64,000 nucleotides of DNA from Octopus bimaculoides. Taxonomy: Eukaryota. The stretch covers positions 57,872,482 to 57,936,481 of the forward strand of contig NC_068989.1 in the NCBI RefSeq assembly GCF_001194135.2. The letters are read 5' to 3'. The notes under the pieces are model-generated. The model was not told the DNA's origin. It saw only the letters and a program-made list of their open reading frames with translations, and did not search any database. Shown piece after piece: positions 38,986 through 52,689 of the stretch (its first letter is position 1; each line of letters opens with the position of its first letter). A program made the position numbers and the translations under genes.

Positions 38986-39030
38986 CAACCATCAATCGTA
39001 CAGTTTCTGGGTTGAAAGGTGTCCATGTAC
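38986..39030 (-). CDS. PDCD6: PDCD6 exon 3 (45 nt): (G)TWTPFNPETVRLMV(G)
   Basis: ccAG acceptor and G|GTAAGT donor; diagnostic GTWTPFNP motif. Not in the ORF track. Confidence 0.96.
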
Positions 39031-40529
39031 CTGGTAATTAAATATGAAAGGTTAGTAACATCAAAGTCAAGTGTGTATGTATGTATGTCTATTGAGAGAT
39101 AGAGATAGAGAGTGAGAGTGTGTGTGTGGATGTGTGTCTATGAGAGAGAGGGTGTGCGTGTGTATATATGAGAAAGAGAGAGATGAGAGAAATGAATGAG
39201 ACGAGAGGATCATCTGATAAAGCCAAGCAGTTAAACGTCTAATACACGAAGAAAGTACAGTTAATTTATTGTTTGTTTTACTATTTATTCAAAGAATGGA
39301 AGAGCAGTACCCATGAGCCTTTATTTTTCCAGGGCCTCCAAAAAATGGTGAGAGAGGGGGAAGGAGGTATACTCAAACTGGAGAGCTGGCCTAAACGCTC
39401 GCAATAGGGTGAACTCCACTAAAAGTACCCAAGGACCAAGTGATGATGTTAAACCAGAGAATGCATTTAGTCTATTATCAAGAATTCAGAACACAAAGAG
39501 TTGGAAGAGATGCCACAAGCTATCGCGTCCAGCTCTAAACAATTCTACAAGCTAATTATCCTTGACTGGTACGTTATTTCATTGACTCCCAAAATGAATG
39601 AAAGATTAAGCTGACCTTGACTGTATTTGAACTCAGCATGCAGATAGCCAGAACAAATACAAGATATTTTGTCCCCCACTCAATGTCTCTGCCAATTCAC
39701 TGCTTATTTCAGGTTATTAACTTATTCTTGGTGCTATAACTTCCATTACTTTAAAAGCAAATGTATACTTGATTCTGTATACCATTGTGTCAGTGTCTGA
39801 GAATGAGGTACACCAGACTGACTTCTTTAGGTAGGCATGGAATACGAAAATTTTATGGAAAGGAAGAATTGAAGTGGTAACAATTATGCTTTTCTAGAAA
39901 GCAAAACATAAAAGAAGTGAAATCAATTCAAGAATAAAGGGAAACTCGTTTGTAGACCAAAATCCTTGGTAGAAAGTCTAACAGAACCTGTCTGAGGTTA
40001 TGTTACAAACTTGGTGCTTTCAGGTGATCTAAACTGAAATCATCCACCAAAACTGCATATTAATTTATGTTCCAAACTTTAGCTTAATAATGAAAAATTT
40101 ATTTTACTAAATTCTTTATCATTTTCAAAATTAATTGTAACAAAGGCAGCGTGTTTCAAAAGAAATATTGTAAAAAAAAAGCTTTAAACACTCAATGGTC
40201 ATTTGGAAAATTAATTCAAACAGAACTAGATAGCACAGTCATGTTTATCAATCTTATTTATTTGTTCTACAAATAAACTGTACTTTAACATAACTCAGAT
40301 GTAGTTCTGATAGGACTGTGATAATCAAGACCTAGCGAAAACAGGACTATTATTTTAGAAATCTTGTATCTGTAAGACTAATTTAAAACTTTCCACATTT
40401 AAAGATTGGAAATTCTGTTACTGTTTTGAAATGATACCCTTAATTCATTAACAAAAATTTAATCCTTTCACAAATGCAACATTCAAAGATCTAGTGTTAG
40501 TATTCAGACTACTCTGTCTAATATGTGAA

Positions 40530-40858
40530 GACCCCCTTCGGTTATGACTGACCATGGGATTGCACATAGGAAGTTACCCTCCCAGGCACAAGTCCAGGCA
40601 TAGTTGTTTATGGAAGACCAGCAGTTGCCCATGCATACCAGCCTCCCCTCTCCACGCCACCAGTGTTATCCAAAGGAAAGGCAAAGGCCGATACAGCTTG
40701 GCACATGTGACGTCGCAATTCATTTCTACAGCTGAGTTAACTGGAGCAATGTGAAACAAAGTGTCTTGCTCAAGAACACTACACGCAGCCCGGTCCAGGA
40801 TTCGAACTCACAACCGCACGATCATAAGCTCGATGCTCTAACCACTGAGCCATGCGCC
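40530..40858 (-). mobile_element. tRNA-derived SINE (third family), relatively intact
   Basis: Head ggcgcatggctcagtggttagagc…gagttcgaatcc (A and B boxes) followed by about 250 bp of non-tRNA body. Confidence 0.85.
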
Positions 40859-43167
40859 TGTCTAATATAAAGCTTATTTATCCACATCGTTTTGAATTAA
40901 TCATGCATAATCTTGTGGCTTTCAGATTTTGACAATGTGATTGTTTATTTTGTAGAATGACATTGTAGAGTAAATGTGAAAGGCTGGATATGCTCAGTTT
41001 GAACATAAAATGGGTAGAATATTTTGGTCAGATAGGGCTGGTTTAAGTGCTAAAGAGTTAATTCTTGTCTTTGTTAGTTGTCTAAGAGATAAGATAGTCT
41101 CTTACTGAAGAAAACACCAATCTCCCTAAATACGTTCACTTGTCCCTCTCATTCACTAAGCAATAAATGTAAGTCAATGGTATTTCAAAGTGGTCATGAA
41201 TAAATGAGTATAAACTTTCTCCTCCCAAAGCGTTTTTCTACATCTTGGGATCAAATTGAGATGAATCTACTTAAAATTGAATATACTATTTCTCCAAACA
41301 GATAGTTCTGTTTGCCATTAAAAATAATAGTTTCCAACTGAACTAACAAGGAACAACCTTTATAAACATACACAAAACTTATAACAAAATCAAACAAAAC
41401 AGAATAAACAAACCAAACAAGGCATGACAATAACACAAGAAAAATTAATGAGGCTTTCTAACAGCAGTTTGTGAATAAAGGATAAACAATAAACCCTAAA
41501 CAGTGAGGAGTTAAAAAGGGGATGTTCCTAAAATGTGTAACAAAAACTTTGAGGTGTGCTAGTACTGTTATTACTACCATTTTAAAGGTCCTTATCTTGT
41601 TTGTTATTCCTTTTTAAAACAACATTTCTGATACTCATTTGCCACTCTGTAAGGTAACAAACAAGAACTATTGATACCAATAAGTAATATTAGTTTCAAA
41701 TTTTGGCACATGGCCAGCAAGTCTTTTGGGGGGGGGGGGTAAGTAACTTACATATATCTCAGTACTTAACTGGTACTGATTTTATCAATCCCCAAAAAAT
41801 GAAAGGCAAAGTTGACCTCAGCGGAATCTGAACTCAGAACATAAAGACAGATGAAATGTCACAAAGCATTTTGCCTGAAATAAATTTGGTAGTTGAAAAT
41901 ATTGTAATGACCAAACAACAAACCAAAATTAACTCTTCTCTCTATGAGTATGCTTTAGTGGGTACAATTTCACATGCCCCTGGAATACGCAAAATAGGGC
42001 AACCTCATGGTTTTGTGCACATGATTCACTAATTGGTAAAAACATTATTTCCAGCCATACACACAAAGGCATGTGGCCACTTGCTTTTGTATCTTCCAGG
42101 TATATAGGCAAATGAAATTGCACCCACTAAACCGTACTTCTGGGTTCAGAGGGTTAAAACATGACCCAATTGTTAGGTATAGAATATAAGTACCAAGCCC
42201 GTATAAATAAAAGATTAACTTACTATTTCCATTCACCTACAGCTATTTTAACCCTAAATCAGCTCTGACAAAGCAAACCTAAAATTAAGGGCATCCCAGC
42301 TATGATTACATATATAGTGTTTCATTAATCAACATTTTCTTAAGAGTAGGAGATTTGGTTGTTATTTCTAGGAAGTTAAGTAACCATGTAGAGGCTTATT
42401 GAATCAATATGGTGAAAATTTGAATATATTTGGTAATGGGTCTACTCATGATTATTTGATTTACCACTTTCATACTACAAGTCAATAGTGAAACACTGCA
42501 ACAACTCTCCAACCAGGCCCTCATCTCTCTACATTTGAACATGTCTATGCATGGATCCCAGTTGATTGACTTGTTTAATTTAAATAAGCACTGAACACAA
42601 TGAAAACTATCTTCACAACTATCCTATTTGAATGATATAAACTGTACATTAATCCTTTTGTTAGCATGTTTTGGTTGATGTACACTGCCTTTATTTCAAT
42701 TGATCTTGAAAATTATGAGGAATTTTATTTGAAGAACTGTCCTTATTAATCTGGTGTTTAGACTATAAATTGACATGAAATTATATGGTGAACTTTTAAT
42801 TTAGATAATTATCATCATCATCATCATTCAAAGGCCATTTTCTATGGTGGCATGGGTTGGACAGTTTGATGAGCCAGAGCACTGCACCAGGCTCCAGTGT
42901 CAGCTGTGGCATGGATTCAACAGCTGAATACCCTTCCTAATGCCAATCACCTCAGAGTGTACTGGGCGTTTTTTGTCACACCAGCACTAGTGAAGTCACT
43001 AAATAACTTGCAAGACAAGTACATCCTCTCCTCGACTGATGGAGTAGAGCTGATATTGAGGGACAGAAACAGGTGTCTTTCTGAAGAGGAGATACACAAC
43101 TACCCCAGGTGGAAAAAGAGAGACAATGGTGAAGAGATGACAGGGTATTACCTCTTCACCACCTTAA

Positions 43168-43385
43168 CCCTTTCGCTACTGTATTCATTTTGAGATGTCC
43201 TGTGTTCCTTTCAATTACTTTAAATATAACAAAGAATTTAATAAAATAACTTAGTTATCATTCAGCCAGTGTTAGGAACATAAATTGTAACTAAGGTTTG
43301 GTGGAAGATTTTAATTCAAAACTTGAAAACAAGACATTTGTACTCAGAGCCAGAGCCGGTTTCAGCTGGGTTGGTATCGAAAGGG
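43168..43385. mobile_element. piggyBac-type MITE with TTAA TSD
   Basis: TTAA|ccctttcgctac…gtatcgaaaggg|TTAA; related fragments at about 33.0, 43.8-44.2, 58.8-59.1 and 61.8 kb. Confidence 0.75.
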
Positions 43386-44357
43386 TTAAGTTACAGGAAG
43401 GTGAACATAAGAGAAGTGGCCCAGAGGATTAGACAGGATGAATGAGTAGATAAGTTCACAGGAGTGTGAAAGGAGAATGGCAGATGGATAGAGATGAGAA
43501 CAGAGGTGAATGCAGTGAATGGTAAACATGAGTAGAGGTGGGGGTCAATGGTGAATGCCACTTGAAATTTTGTTACCTTATTTCTGTTGAAATACATAGA
43601 TGTTGTTTCAATTACTTTTGAAAATAACGAAGAATTAAAATAACTACCATTACCGAATCCACTCATGCATTTCATGTGTCTTTACATTCTAAGTTTAAAT
43701 TCTGTTGAATTGATTTTGCCTTTCATCCTTTAGGGATCGATAAAATGAATACCAGTTGAGCACTGGGGGTTGAGTCAAAATTTGAAACCATTATTAAGCT
43801 GTGTTTGGAATAAAAACTAACACAAAATTTTGATGAAAGATTCCCAGTGATAATGAGATAAACCAACTCAATAATATCTCATTTGAAAGAAAAGGAATTA
43901 AAGTTAATGTTCACAAATATATCAAGTTAACTCTTAATTGATGTTCTAAACAACAGCTTAATAATGACATATTTTCTTAATTTTGCATTATTTTCAAAAT
44001 TAATTGGAAGAAAGGCAGTGTATTTCAACAGAAATATGGTAACAAAAGTGATAAAAATTCCATTAAAATTTCACTTTAATTCAAGTTGTATACACCAGCT
44101 TAACAACAATGAAGTTATTTTACTAATTTTTTTAATTATTTTCAATTAATTAAGACAAAGTGAATTTCAACAGAAATATAGTAATAGAAGGGTTAAGTTG
44201 ACCCAACTTTTGGCATTCAAAAGATCAAATCTCCTTAAAAAAAAAACAAAAAAAACTCTACATTAATTTAGTTGGCAGCTTCTGCTCTGTTTAAATACAT
44301 CTTAACACATTTTTTATCAAAATCTAAAATATATTAAAACAATATCAGTCAACTAAT

Positions 44358-45830
44358 CAGGTGCAGGAGTGGGTGTGTGGTAAGTATCTTGCTTACCAAC
44401 CACATGGTTCTGGGTTCAGTCCCACTGTGTGGCACCTTGGGCAAGTGTCTTCTACTATAGCCTTGGGCCGACCAAAGCCTTGTGAGTAGATTTGGTAGAT
44501 GGAAACTAAAAAGCCTGTTGTATATATGTGTGTATGGGTGTGCTGAAAGTGTAGCTGCTAGAATAAGAATAGCCTGGGCAAAGTTTAGAGAGCTCTTACC
44601 TCTGCTGGCGACAAAGGGACTCTCACTCAGAGTAAAAGGCAGACTGTATGACGCATGTGTACGAACAGCCATGCTACATGGCAGTGAAACATGGGCTGTA
44701 ACTGCTGAGGACATGCGTAAGCTTGCAAGGAATGAAGCCAGTATGCTCCGTTGGATGTGTAATGTCAATGTGAATACCCGTCAGAGTGTAAGTATCTTGA
44801 GAGAAAAGCTGAACATTAGAAGCATCAGTTGTGGTGTGCAAGAGAGACGATTGCGCTGGTATGGACATGTGCTGNNNNNNNNNNNNNNNNNNNNNNNNNN
44901 NNNNNNNNNNNNNNNNNNNNNNNNNNNNNNNNNNNNNNNNNNNNNNNNNNNNNNNNNNNNNNNNNNNNNNNNNNNNNNNNNNNNNNNNNNNNNNNNNNNN
45001 NNNNNNNNNNNNNNNNNNNNNNNNNNNNNNNNNNNNNNNNNNNNNNNNNNNNNNNNNNNNNNNNNNNNNNNNNNNNNNNNNNNNNNNNNNNNNNNNNNNN
45101 NNNNNNNNNNNNNNNNNNNNNNNNNNNNNNNNNNNNNNNNNNNNNNNNNNNNNNNNNNNNNNNNNNNNNNNNNNNNNNNNNNNNNNNNNNNNNNNNNNNN
45201 NNNNNNNNNNNNNNNNNNNNNNNNNNNNNNNNNNNNNNNNNNNNNNNNNNNNNNNNNNNNNNNNNNNNNNNNNNNNNNNNNNNNNNNNNNNNNNNNNNNN
45301 NNNNNNNNNNNNNNNNNNNNNNNNNNNNNNNNNNNNNNNNNNNNNNNNNNNNNNNNNNNNNNNNNNNNNNNNNNNNNNNNNNNNNNNNNNNNNNNNNNNN
45401 NNNNNNNNNNNNNNNNNNNNNNNNNNNNNNNNNNNNNNNNNNNNNNNNNNNNNNNNNNNNNNNNNNNNNNNNNNNNNNNNNNNNNNNNNNNNNNNNNNNN
45501 NNNNNNNNCCGGTTTCACCAGTCCTCAGTCAAATCGTCCAACCCATGCTAGCATGGAAAGCGGACATTAAACGATGATGATGATGATGATACATATATAT
45601 ATATATATATATATACATATATGAGTGTGTGTTTGTTTCCCCAACATCGCTTGACAACCGATGCTGGTGTGTTTATGTCTCCGTAACTTAGCGGTTTGGC
45701 AAAAGAGACCAATAGAATAAGTACTAAGCTTACAAAGAATAAGTCCTGGGGTTGATTTGCTCGACTAAAGGCGGTGCTCCAGCATGGCCACAATCAAATG
45801 ACTGAAACAAGTAAAACAGTAAAAAGTAAT
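44358..45830 (+). mobile_element. Full SINE split by an RTE insertion (44536-45590) into its internal microsatellite
   Basis: SINE 5' half 44358-44535; RTE begins 'GCAESVAARIRIAW…' and ends (GAT)n at about 45590; SINE 3' half resumes at about 45620. Confidence 0.8.
44875..45508. other. Assembly gap (634 N) inside an RTE copy
   Basis: Both flanks are colinear RTE sequence; spacing is similar to that in copies A and B. Confidence 0.95.
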
Positions 45831-46179
45831 ATTGTTTTTTCCCATCCCAGTATAATTATTTCTAGTCAGGCATTTAATATCTGCATTAAATATGTTAACA
45901 CTAATTTGCCAACAGTTTTAAGAGAAAGAAGAAAAAAAAGGAAAACCTAAAATAGATATTAAATCAATTTTAATATTTGAGAGGGACAGAAAGAGAGAGA
46001 GAGGAGCACCCAAAAGGGGATAAAGATTAAAAACTGAGGTACAAGTAAAAATGCTTGGAAACTAAGGAATCTAAAACACCAGGCCTTAAACACAAGGAAC
46101 ATAATCATGTATAGTTAGTAGATTAATGTTCTGATGAGATAACAAATTCTCTCTCCCTCCAGACACAGACGCAGACGCA

Positions 46180-46223
<44 letters not shown>

Positions 46224-47547
46224 GACTGCACTGAAAGTAATATCAGTTCATTAAGAATGAAATGTCCGATTTTGAACTGAAAGTAATGCAGTTAATCCAA
46301 GTGTGCACCTAAATTATTGACATTTTGCCATTTTATCGGTAGCTTATTTATGCCGGCAGCGAAGAATTCTGGAGAGCAAGTGGTGATGAAATCACAAAAG
46401 GCTGTTTTTGCATCTTCTTCAGATATGAAGTTTTTTTCCTTGCAAAAAGTTGTTTAATGCTTGGAAAAAGTGACAGTCAGTTGAGTAGTAACTTTTTATA
46501 GAAGAAGAGTTATATCCTACCAACATGTACAGTTTAAATTACCTGTCAGTTAATAAAAAGGTTATACACACTATTGCATTACCTTCAGCAGAATCCATTC
46601 ATGCTCTCTCTCACTCACACAATTGTACAATATTTATAAAGAACTCAATACAAGAGGGAGAGTGTAATAAATATAATATAAATAATGAAGCTGAACAAAG
46701 TCAGGAATATTTTTCTACAGCATCTACTAAATTATTGAAATATAGTACAGGGAAAAAATTTGATACAATATTGCATACATGGAAAAAAGTCTTTTTTTTT
46801 TGCGGGTGGGGGTGAGGAATTGTATGGAGAAATATAATGAGTTATTAGATATAAAAATCTCTGGAGGCATTTTTAAATGAAAGAAATAATGGAGGTATGG
46901 CTGTATGGTTAAGAAATTATTTCCCAATTTCATGCTTTTAGGCTCAGTCCCACTGTACAGTACCTTGGGCAAGTGTCTTCTACTATAGCCCCAAAATGAC
47001 TAAAGCCTTGTGAGTGGAATTGGTAGATGGAAATAGAAGTCTGTCATGTGTGTGTTTGATTCTTTGTTTTGACATCACATAATACCTGTAAATGAGTATC
47101 ACTGTCATACATGCAGTGTCATTCATTTCCAATATTCTGCGAAAACATATCTGGCCACAGAGGAAATATTACCTTGGCTGGAAACAGGTGTGAGTTGGTG
47201 ACAGGAAGGGCATCTAGAAAATTTGGCTCAAAGTGTCCAACCCATGCAATTAAAGAAAACTGAATGTTTAAAATGATAACAAATCTGCTCATTAACCGAG
47301 ATTTGACAGTGTAATGGTGTAATGGAAGTATTTTAGATAAGGCTTTGAATAATTGATTTCAGGTAACAGAAGGTTTTATGGATGTATTGTAGAGACATGT
47401 GTCACTTATGAAAAGAGTAAAGAAAAATTAGAGTCAATATCAAGCAGTATATCCAGACCCTTTACATAAAAACGGAATTCTAGAATATATCCACGAGTAC
47501 TCCTGTCAACTGAGATCAATTAGTCAGTCTTGTTAGGTGTATGTATA

Positions 47548-47599
<52 letters not shown>

Positions 47600-47670
47600 T
47601 ATATAAAATGGCACCTTGGGCTAACCAAAGCCTTGTGAGTGGATCTGGTAGACAGAAACTAAAAGAAATT

Positions 47671-47708
<38 letters not shown>

Positions 47709-47825
47709 CTATCTATGTGTGTATGCGTTTGTCCCCCACCACTGCTTAACAACCAGTGTTGGTGTATTTATGTGCACATGATGTAGTGGTTCAGCAAAAG
47801 AGACTGATAGAATAAGTACCAGGTT

Positions 47826-48149
47826 NNNNNNNNNNNNNNNNNNNNNNNNNNNNNNNNNNNNNNNNNNNNNNNNNNNNNNNNNNNNNNNNNNNNNNNNNNN
47901 NNNNNNNNNNNNNNNNNNNNNNNNNNNNNNNNNNNNNNNNNNNNNNNNNNNNNNNNNNNNNNNNNNNNNNNNNNNNNNNNNNNNNNNNNNNNNNNNNNNN
48001 NNNNNNNNNNNNNNNNNNNNNNNNNNNNNNNNNNNNNNNNNNNNNNNNNNNNNNNNNNNNNNNNNNNNNNNNNNNNNNNNNNNNNNNNNNNNNNNNNNNN
48101 NNNNNNNNNNNNNNNNNNNNNNNNNNNNNNNNNNNNNNNNNNNNNNNNN
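47826..48149. other. Assembly gap (324 N) between a SINE and an RTE 3' UTR
   Basis: Direct reading. Confidence 0.95.
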
Positions 48150-48410
48150 GCTCTTGTGTGGGTGACACATGAGGTTTCTCGAGCGAGATGAGCGTGGCCA
48201 TTGCCAGTACCGCCTGACTGGCCTTCGTGCGGGTGACACGTAAAAGCACCCACTACACTCTCTGAGTGGTTGGCGTTAGGAAGGGCATCCAGCTGTAGAA
48301 ACACTGCCAAATCAGATTGGAGCCTGGTGTAGCCATCTGGTTTCACCAGTCCTCAGTCAAATCGTCCAACCCATGCTAGCATGGAAAGCGGACGTTAAAC
48401 GACGACGACA
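48150..48410 (+). mobile_element. RTE 3' UTR fragment
   Basis: Matches 1-290 and 14200-14503. Confidence 0.85.
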
Positions 48411-50911
48411 CACACACACATTAATTTCAGATACACATAAGTAGATGCTAGTGGGGAAAGAGATACAGCCTATCTCCCACTCCTTCATAGTCTCTTACAA
48501 CCTGCACTCAAGAGCCCGTTCTCTCTGTCCCACTTACTTCAACCTACCTCATATCTTAAGGGCCTACCTAGAAACCTCACCACTACTTTTGTTCTGTTAT
48601 AGGTCCTTCTTTCACACATTTACCCTTTGTCCCTAAGTATAAAGCTGCCCCCTCAGGGTTCGTACTCTTGCAAGCTGCATGGTGCCCTCACTAACCCTGG
48701 TGCCATGAAAAATGCATCAAGCACACACTGTAAAGTTGTTCGGTGTTCTTCAAATTTGATTGAGGGTACCAGCTGTATAAGTTTATGCTTGATTGCGTTC
48801 TTCTCATAGAAACAAGAAGCAATGAAGCATAAACTCAGACAGGCAGCTTTCTTTAACAACTAGGGCTGTCAATTTTTATATGGCTGTCACGCAAACTAAC
48901 TGTGATAAACACCCACTATACGTTTAGAAAAGAGTAAAGGTCTAGGACTCCATATTTCCCTTCTTTTGAAAATGGTGAGATTTGCGAAACCATTAAGTAA
49001 CTCTAAATAAATTTTAAAGAAGTTAAGAAGTGCTTTCTTAACTTCTTTTTTTTACATTTCAATTTCTGCAGAAAACCAACTTATTCTCCTGTATACACAC
49101 TCAAATAGATACTAGTGGGCAAATAAGTACAGTCTGTATGTGCATATGCATAGGTAATTAGACAAATGAATCAATACTATGTTTGCAAGCAAATAACTGG
49201 TTAAATGAGCATCTCCAAAGCATAATGAATATTCTTTTCCACTCTAGGTACAAGGCCTGAAATTTTTTTTTTTTTTTCAGTCAATTAGATTGACGGCAGT
49301 ACACAAGTGGTACTTAATTTATTGACCCCGAGAGGATGAAAGGCAAAGTCAACCTTGGCAGAATTTGAACTCAGAACATGAAGACAGACGAAATACCACT
49401 AAGCATTTTGCCTGGTGTTCTAATGTTTCTGTCAGCTCACTGCCTTAGTATAGCGAATATTAAGTGGAGATAAGGCAGCATTTCATCTGTGTTTACATTC
49501 TGAGTTCAAATTCTGCCACGGTCAACTTAGCTTTTCATCCTTTCAGAGTCGAAATTGCTGGCCTTGTACCAAAATTCAAAAGCAATATTAAGTGGAGATA
49601 GAAGCTTCTATCTTTTCCCATCACACACCAACACACACACACACATGTACTACTATAAATAAATGGAATGCTGGGATAGTGTGTAGTATGGTGATAAAGA
49701 GAAGTGAACGATTAGTAAGAGGGTGAACAATGGGAGCAGCAACCCCACACTATCCAGGGAATCAGAATGAAAGAAGAAAACAAAAAACTGAGTATCCTTA
49801 ATAAATATTGCAATAGTGCTTACCATTAGATAGTGCTCGCTGAAGCTCAAAACCAGTGATATCGCCACTGCGGTTGGTGTCAATCCTGAGAAGACAGTAG
49901 GGAGGAGGAGATGTTCTAGATTAAGTATGTACTACTAAATAACTATATACTAAACAGACATGCATGATATATAGGAGTGATAGTGATTGATGGAAGAAAA
50001 AGGAAGATTCATAGATGGTAAATGTGATTTATGGAAAAGCTAAAGAAAATGTGCTTCATGTGCATGTGCTTTTGTGTGCACAATTGTCTGGCTATGCGTC
50101 AATGCATGTGTAAGCAGGTTTGTGTTTAATATATATATATATATATATAGGGTATATGGGTCTACTGGCTAAATAAAAGAGAAAAGGGAGCAATTCCTGT
50201 CTCTGTTGCTCTTAATTTTTGCTTGTCTAAATTGTGTAACTTGAAAATAAATTCCATGAAGAAGTACTGTTTGCAATTATAAACATTAAGAATACTGCAT
50301 TATTGTGTGGTGTACAAACATAGCTCTGTGGTTGAGAAGTGTGTTTTGAAACCACATGGTTTCAAGTTCAATCTCACTATATGGCACCTTCAGAAAGTGT
50401 CTTCAACCATAACATCTGGTTGACTAATGCCTTTACCAGCGAAATTTGCTGGATGGAAACTGTGTGGAAGGCTGACATATATAAATATGTCTTATATCGA
50501 TGTACATTAGCAAGGAAAACCAATAAAACAAGGGCTCCAAATACCTTTTAGTGTTGGTTCTATTAAAATTTCGTAGACAATTCTTTGTCACTCTTACTAT
50601 TGCAAATGCAATGAATCAAGGACAAGCCCATAAACAACAACAGTTAAAATGTGATATATATATATATATGGAAAATTGTTTCATTAACATGCAATGCTCA
50701 GATCTTTCAAAGAAAAGGGAATAGCTTGAAGAGAAAGTAGTTTTAACTTGTTGAGTAATTTTAAAACACTGCAGAGTAATTAAATCCCCTTGAGAATGTA
50801 TGTTGCACGTGCACACACACACAAATAGCTATAATTAGAAAAATGTTTGAATAATGTGTGAGAGTGAAAGTGAGTAAAACAAAAGGACTGAACTGAAATT
50901 TCCATCCTAAG

Positions 50912-50943
<32 letters not shown>

Positions 50944-51339
50944 CACATAAGGGCTTAAGGTGTATATTAACCCTTTAACATTCAGATTATGCTGTCAACT
51001 GTAATTCTTATTTATTCAAATTGTTTTCAATTAATCATGCATTATTGTGTAGCATTGAGATTTCAAAGATGTGATTGTTAATTTTTAGAATGACATTGTA
51101 AGGTATGTGTAAGTGGCTAGATCTGGCCAGTTTGAACATAAAGCAGAGTATAAGAGAAGTTTGTAGGTGGAAGTTTTAGTTCATGTTCTCATAACTGCAT
51201 ACACAGTCACAAAAGTATAAATTCCAGTGTGTATATGCATTATATATGTGTGTCTGCATTAAGAGAATGTTTATATCAATGTGATGGAATGGGCTGCAAT
51301 GTAAGATTATTTATAAATATACACACACTTCCTTCCCTC

Positions 51340-52680
51340 TGTCTGTGTTTGTGCTTCGGATGACTAAAGAGGCTGATTCTTGTATGGAAGCATCTATTGC
51401 AAAGTCCACAAGGGATCTGTGGTGGAGGCTTTGCGTGTTGCAGCCTCCATTTTCTATCTTGTCATTTCGTTTCTTTCTTCTGTTGTTCAGCTTCAAAATG
51501 ATCTGTCACAGTGGAGATGGAATGATGCCAGCTAGGCCTGTCCTGATCTTCAATGTCCCAGGCTTTGGGATTGATTCCAGTCAGTTTTAGGCTTTGTTTC
51601 AACTGGTCCTTGTATTGATAGAGGGGACAGCCACAGAGCGTTCCTCCAGTGGAAAGTTCACCATATAAAATTTGACGAGGCAGCCTCGTTTCTTTCATTC
51701 ATTCTTGCTACATGGCCCACCCACCTCAGATGATGTTTCAGGATGGTGGCCTTGATGCTGCTGCTTTTTGTTCTCTCCAGAATGGAGACATTGGTCACAT
51801 AGTCGTTCCATTTGATATTCATAATAGAGTAGAGCTTCTGTTGATGAAATTGCTCTAGTTTTTTTATGTCACTTCTGTAAAGAGCCCAAGTTTCACAACC
51901 ATAGAGGAGAGTGGAGATCATGACTGCTTGGTAGACACTCAATTTTGTTTGGTGGTTCAGATCTCTGTTCTTAAAAACTCTTTTCGCAAGTCCACCAAAA
52001 ACAGTGTGAGCCACTATCAATCGGTTCTCCACGTCCTTTTCCGATATGCACTTGTTCATAAGCAAACTTCCTAAGTATGAAAAGTGGTCGACTTTCTCCA
52101 GTGGCATCTCCGAGATAATAATGTTGAGGTCTGGAGTTTCTTGACTTAGAACAGGTTGTACCAGGATTTTTGCCTATTTGATCCCAACTTTTATGCCAAA
52201 CCAAGTGTAAGCATTGATGAAGTTATTCACCAATTGTTGAAGCTGTTCAATGGACTGACAGATTGCTGCATTGTCATCAGCATACTGAAGTCCAGTGATC
52301 TTTTGCTTCCTGGCCAGTCTTCGTGACTTCAATATGACAAGGTTGAAACATACCCCAATATATCGGTACCTAATGTTGACTCCTGGATTGTCCAAAGGCA
52401 GTTCATGAAACATTGCTGCAAGGTACAGAGAGAAGAGCATCGGGGCCAAAACGCATCCTTGTTTTAATCCTCCAGTGATGGGGTTTTCAAACAGTTGGTT
52501 TTGATGGAAGATGGTTCTAGTCATACCATCAAGTAATTCCTGTACTAGGGAAATGAATTGATCAGGGCAGCTGAAGCGTCGGAGGACCTCCCACATTGCA
52601 GGCCTTGGGACGGTATCAAAGGCCTTTCCAAGGTTGTAAAAAACAAAATAGAGAGTTTTTTGTTTTCTACGACCTTTGTT
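51340..52680 (-). mobile_element. RTE-BovB-like LINE ORF2 fragment (distinct family from copies A and B)
   Basis: 'KAFDTVPRPAMWEVL', 'GLKQGCVLAPMLFSLY', 'LQYADD', 'FSYLGS', 'LRWVGHVARM', 'LPRQILYGEL'. Confidence 0.88.
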
Positions 52681-52689
52681 TTCTACATA

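Noticed and set aside
40785-40858. tRNA gene on minus (and tRNA-like heads at about 56.8 kb and in other SINEs)
   Set aside because: No proper acceptor stem, and each continues into a repeat body; SINE heads rather than tRNA genes.
44482-48346. Long ORFs of 150-360 aa
   Set aside because: Lengths come from N runs translated as X.
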